Source: Lytechinus pictus (Eukaryota). Taken from it: a stretch of DNA of 64,000 bases. Location: positions 9,612,001 through 9,676,000 of the forward strand of contig NC_087245.1 of NCBI RefSeq assembly GCF_037042905.1, given 5' to 3'. Shown one piece after another: positions 63,714 to 64,000 of this stretch. A program made the translations under genes and the position numbers. The stretch's first letter is position 1; each line of letters starts with the position of its first letter. Below the pieces are notes generated by a model. The model did no database searches, had not been told where the DNA came from, and saw only the letters and a list, made by a program, of their open reading frames with translations.

Positions 63714-64000
63714 GTTAGGAGCACTTGCACTTATTGTGAGGCTAGTGCACTTAACACTGCACAATAAATGTTCTATACCCAGCAATTGAGCTCATTCAAT
63801 TTAGTACACATGCCAAATTTCACCTTAAGCGATACAAATCCCATTTCTTTGGTATGAATTTAAAACTAAACAAATGATAGATTATGTTAGGCCGTGATAA
63901 ATGAAACAAATAATTCATAACAAAATTGATTATGCAATCAATAAAAACAGTTGAAATACATGTATCTTTAATAGAAAATCACTGAAAGCATAATTACTTA

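Overview
AT-rich, intron-containing animal DNA. The repeat families suggest an echinoderm, probably a sea urchin (inference). Three + strand host genes are present: the last two coding exons of an acyl-CoA thioesterase/BAAT-family gene (444-3051); a complete 11-coding-exon MAP3K13/DLK-LZK kinase (35677-45490, 943 aa as I splice it, with the SDGLSD motif); and the first two exons of a FAPP-type PH-domain gene (PLEKHA3/8-like; 52302-52341 and 63597-63713). The rest is dense with non-autonomous DNA transposons (Kolobok-, piggyBac-, Tc1-, Harbinger-, hAT-, Transib-like, foldback, Helentron-like), LINE fragments and tRNA-derived SINEs. The most unusual structure is in PLEKHA intron 1. There, TAGAC...GTCTA elements with hairpin ends have stacked at two unrelated sites, and each new copy re-duplicated the same 9-bp target (AGCCTGGCC x3-4; CCTAAACAC x3). 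The result is a repeat-element-repeat array inside a four-level nest. The window is also strongly enriched in TACATGTA-type palindromes that look like transposon excision footprints. All coordinates were read by eye, and family names come from terminal/TSD signatures, not database searches.
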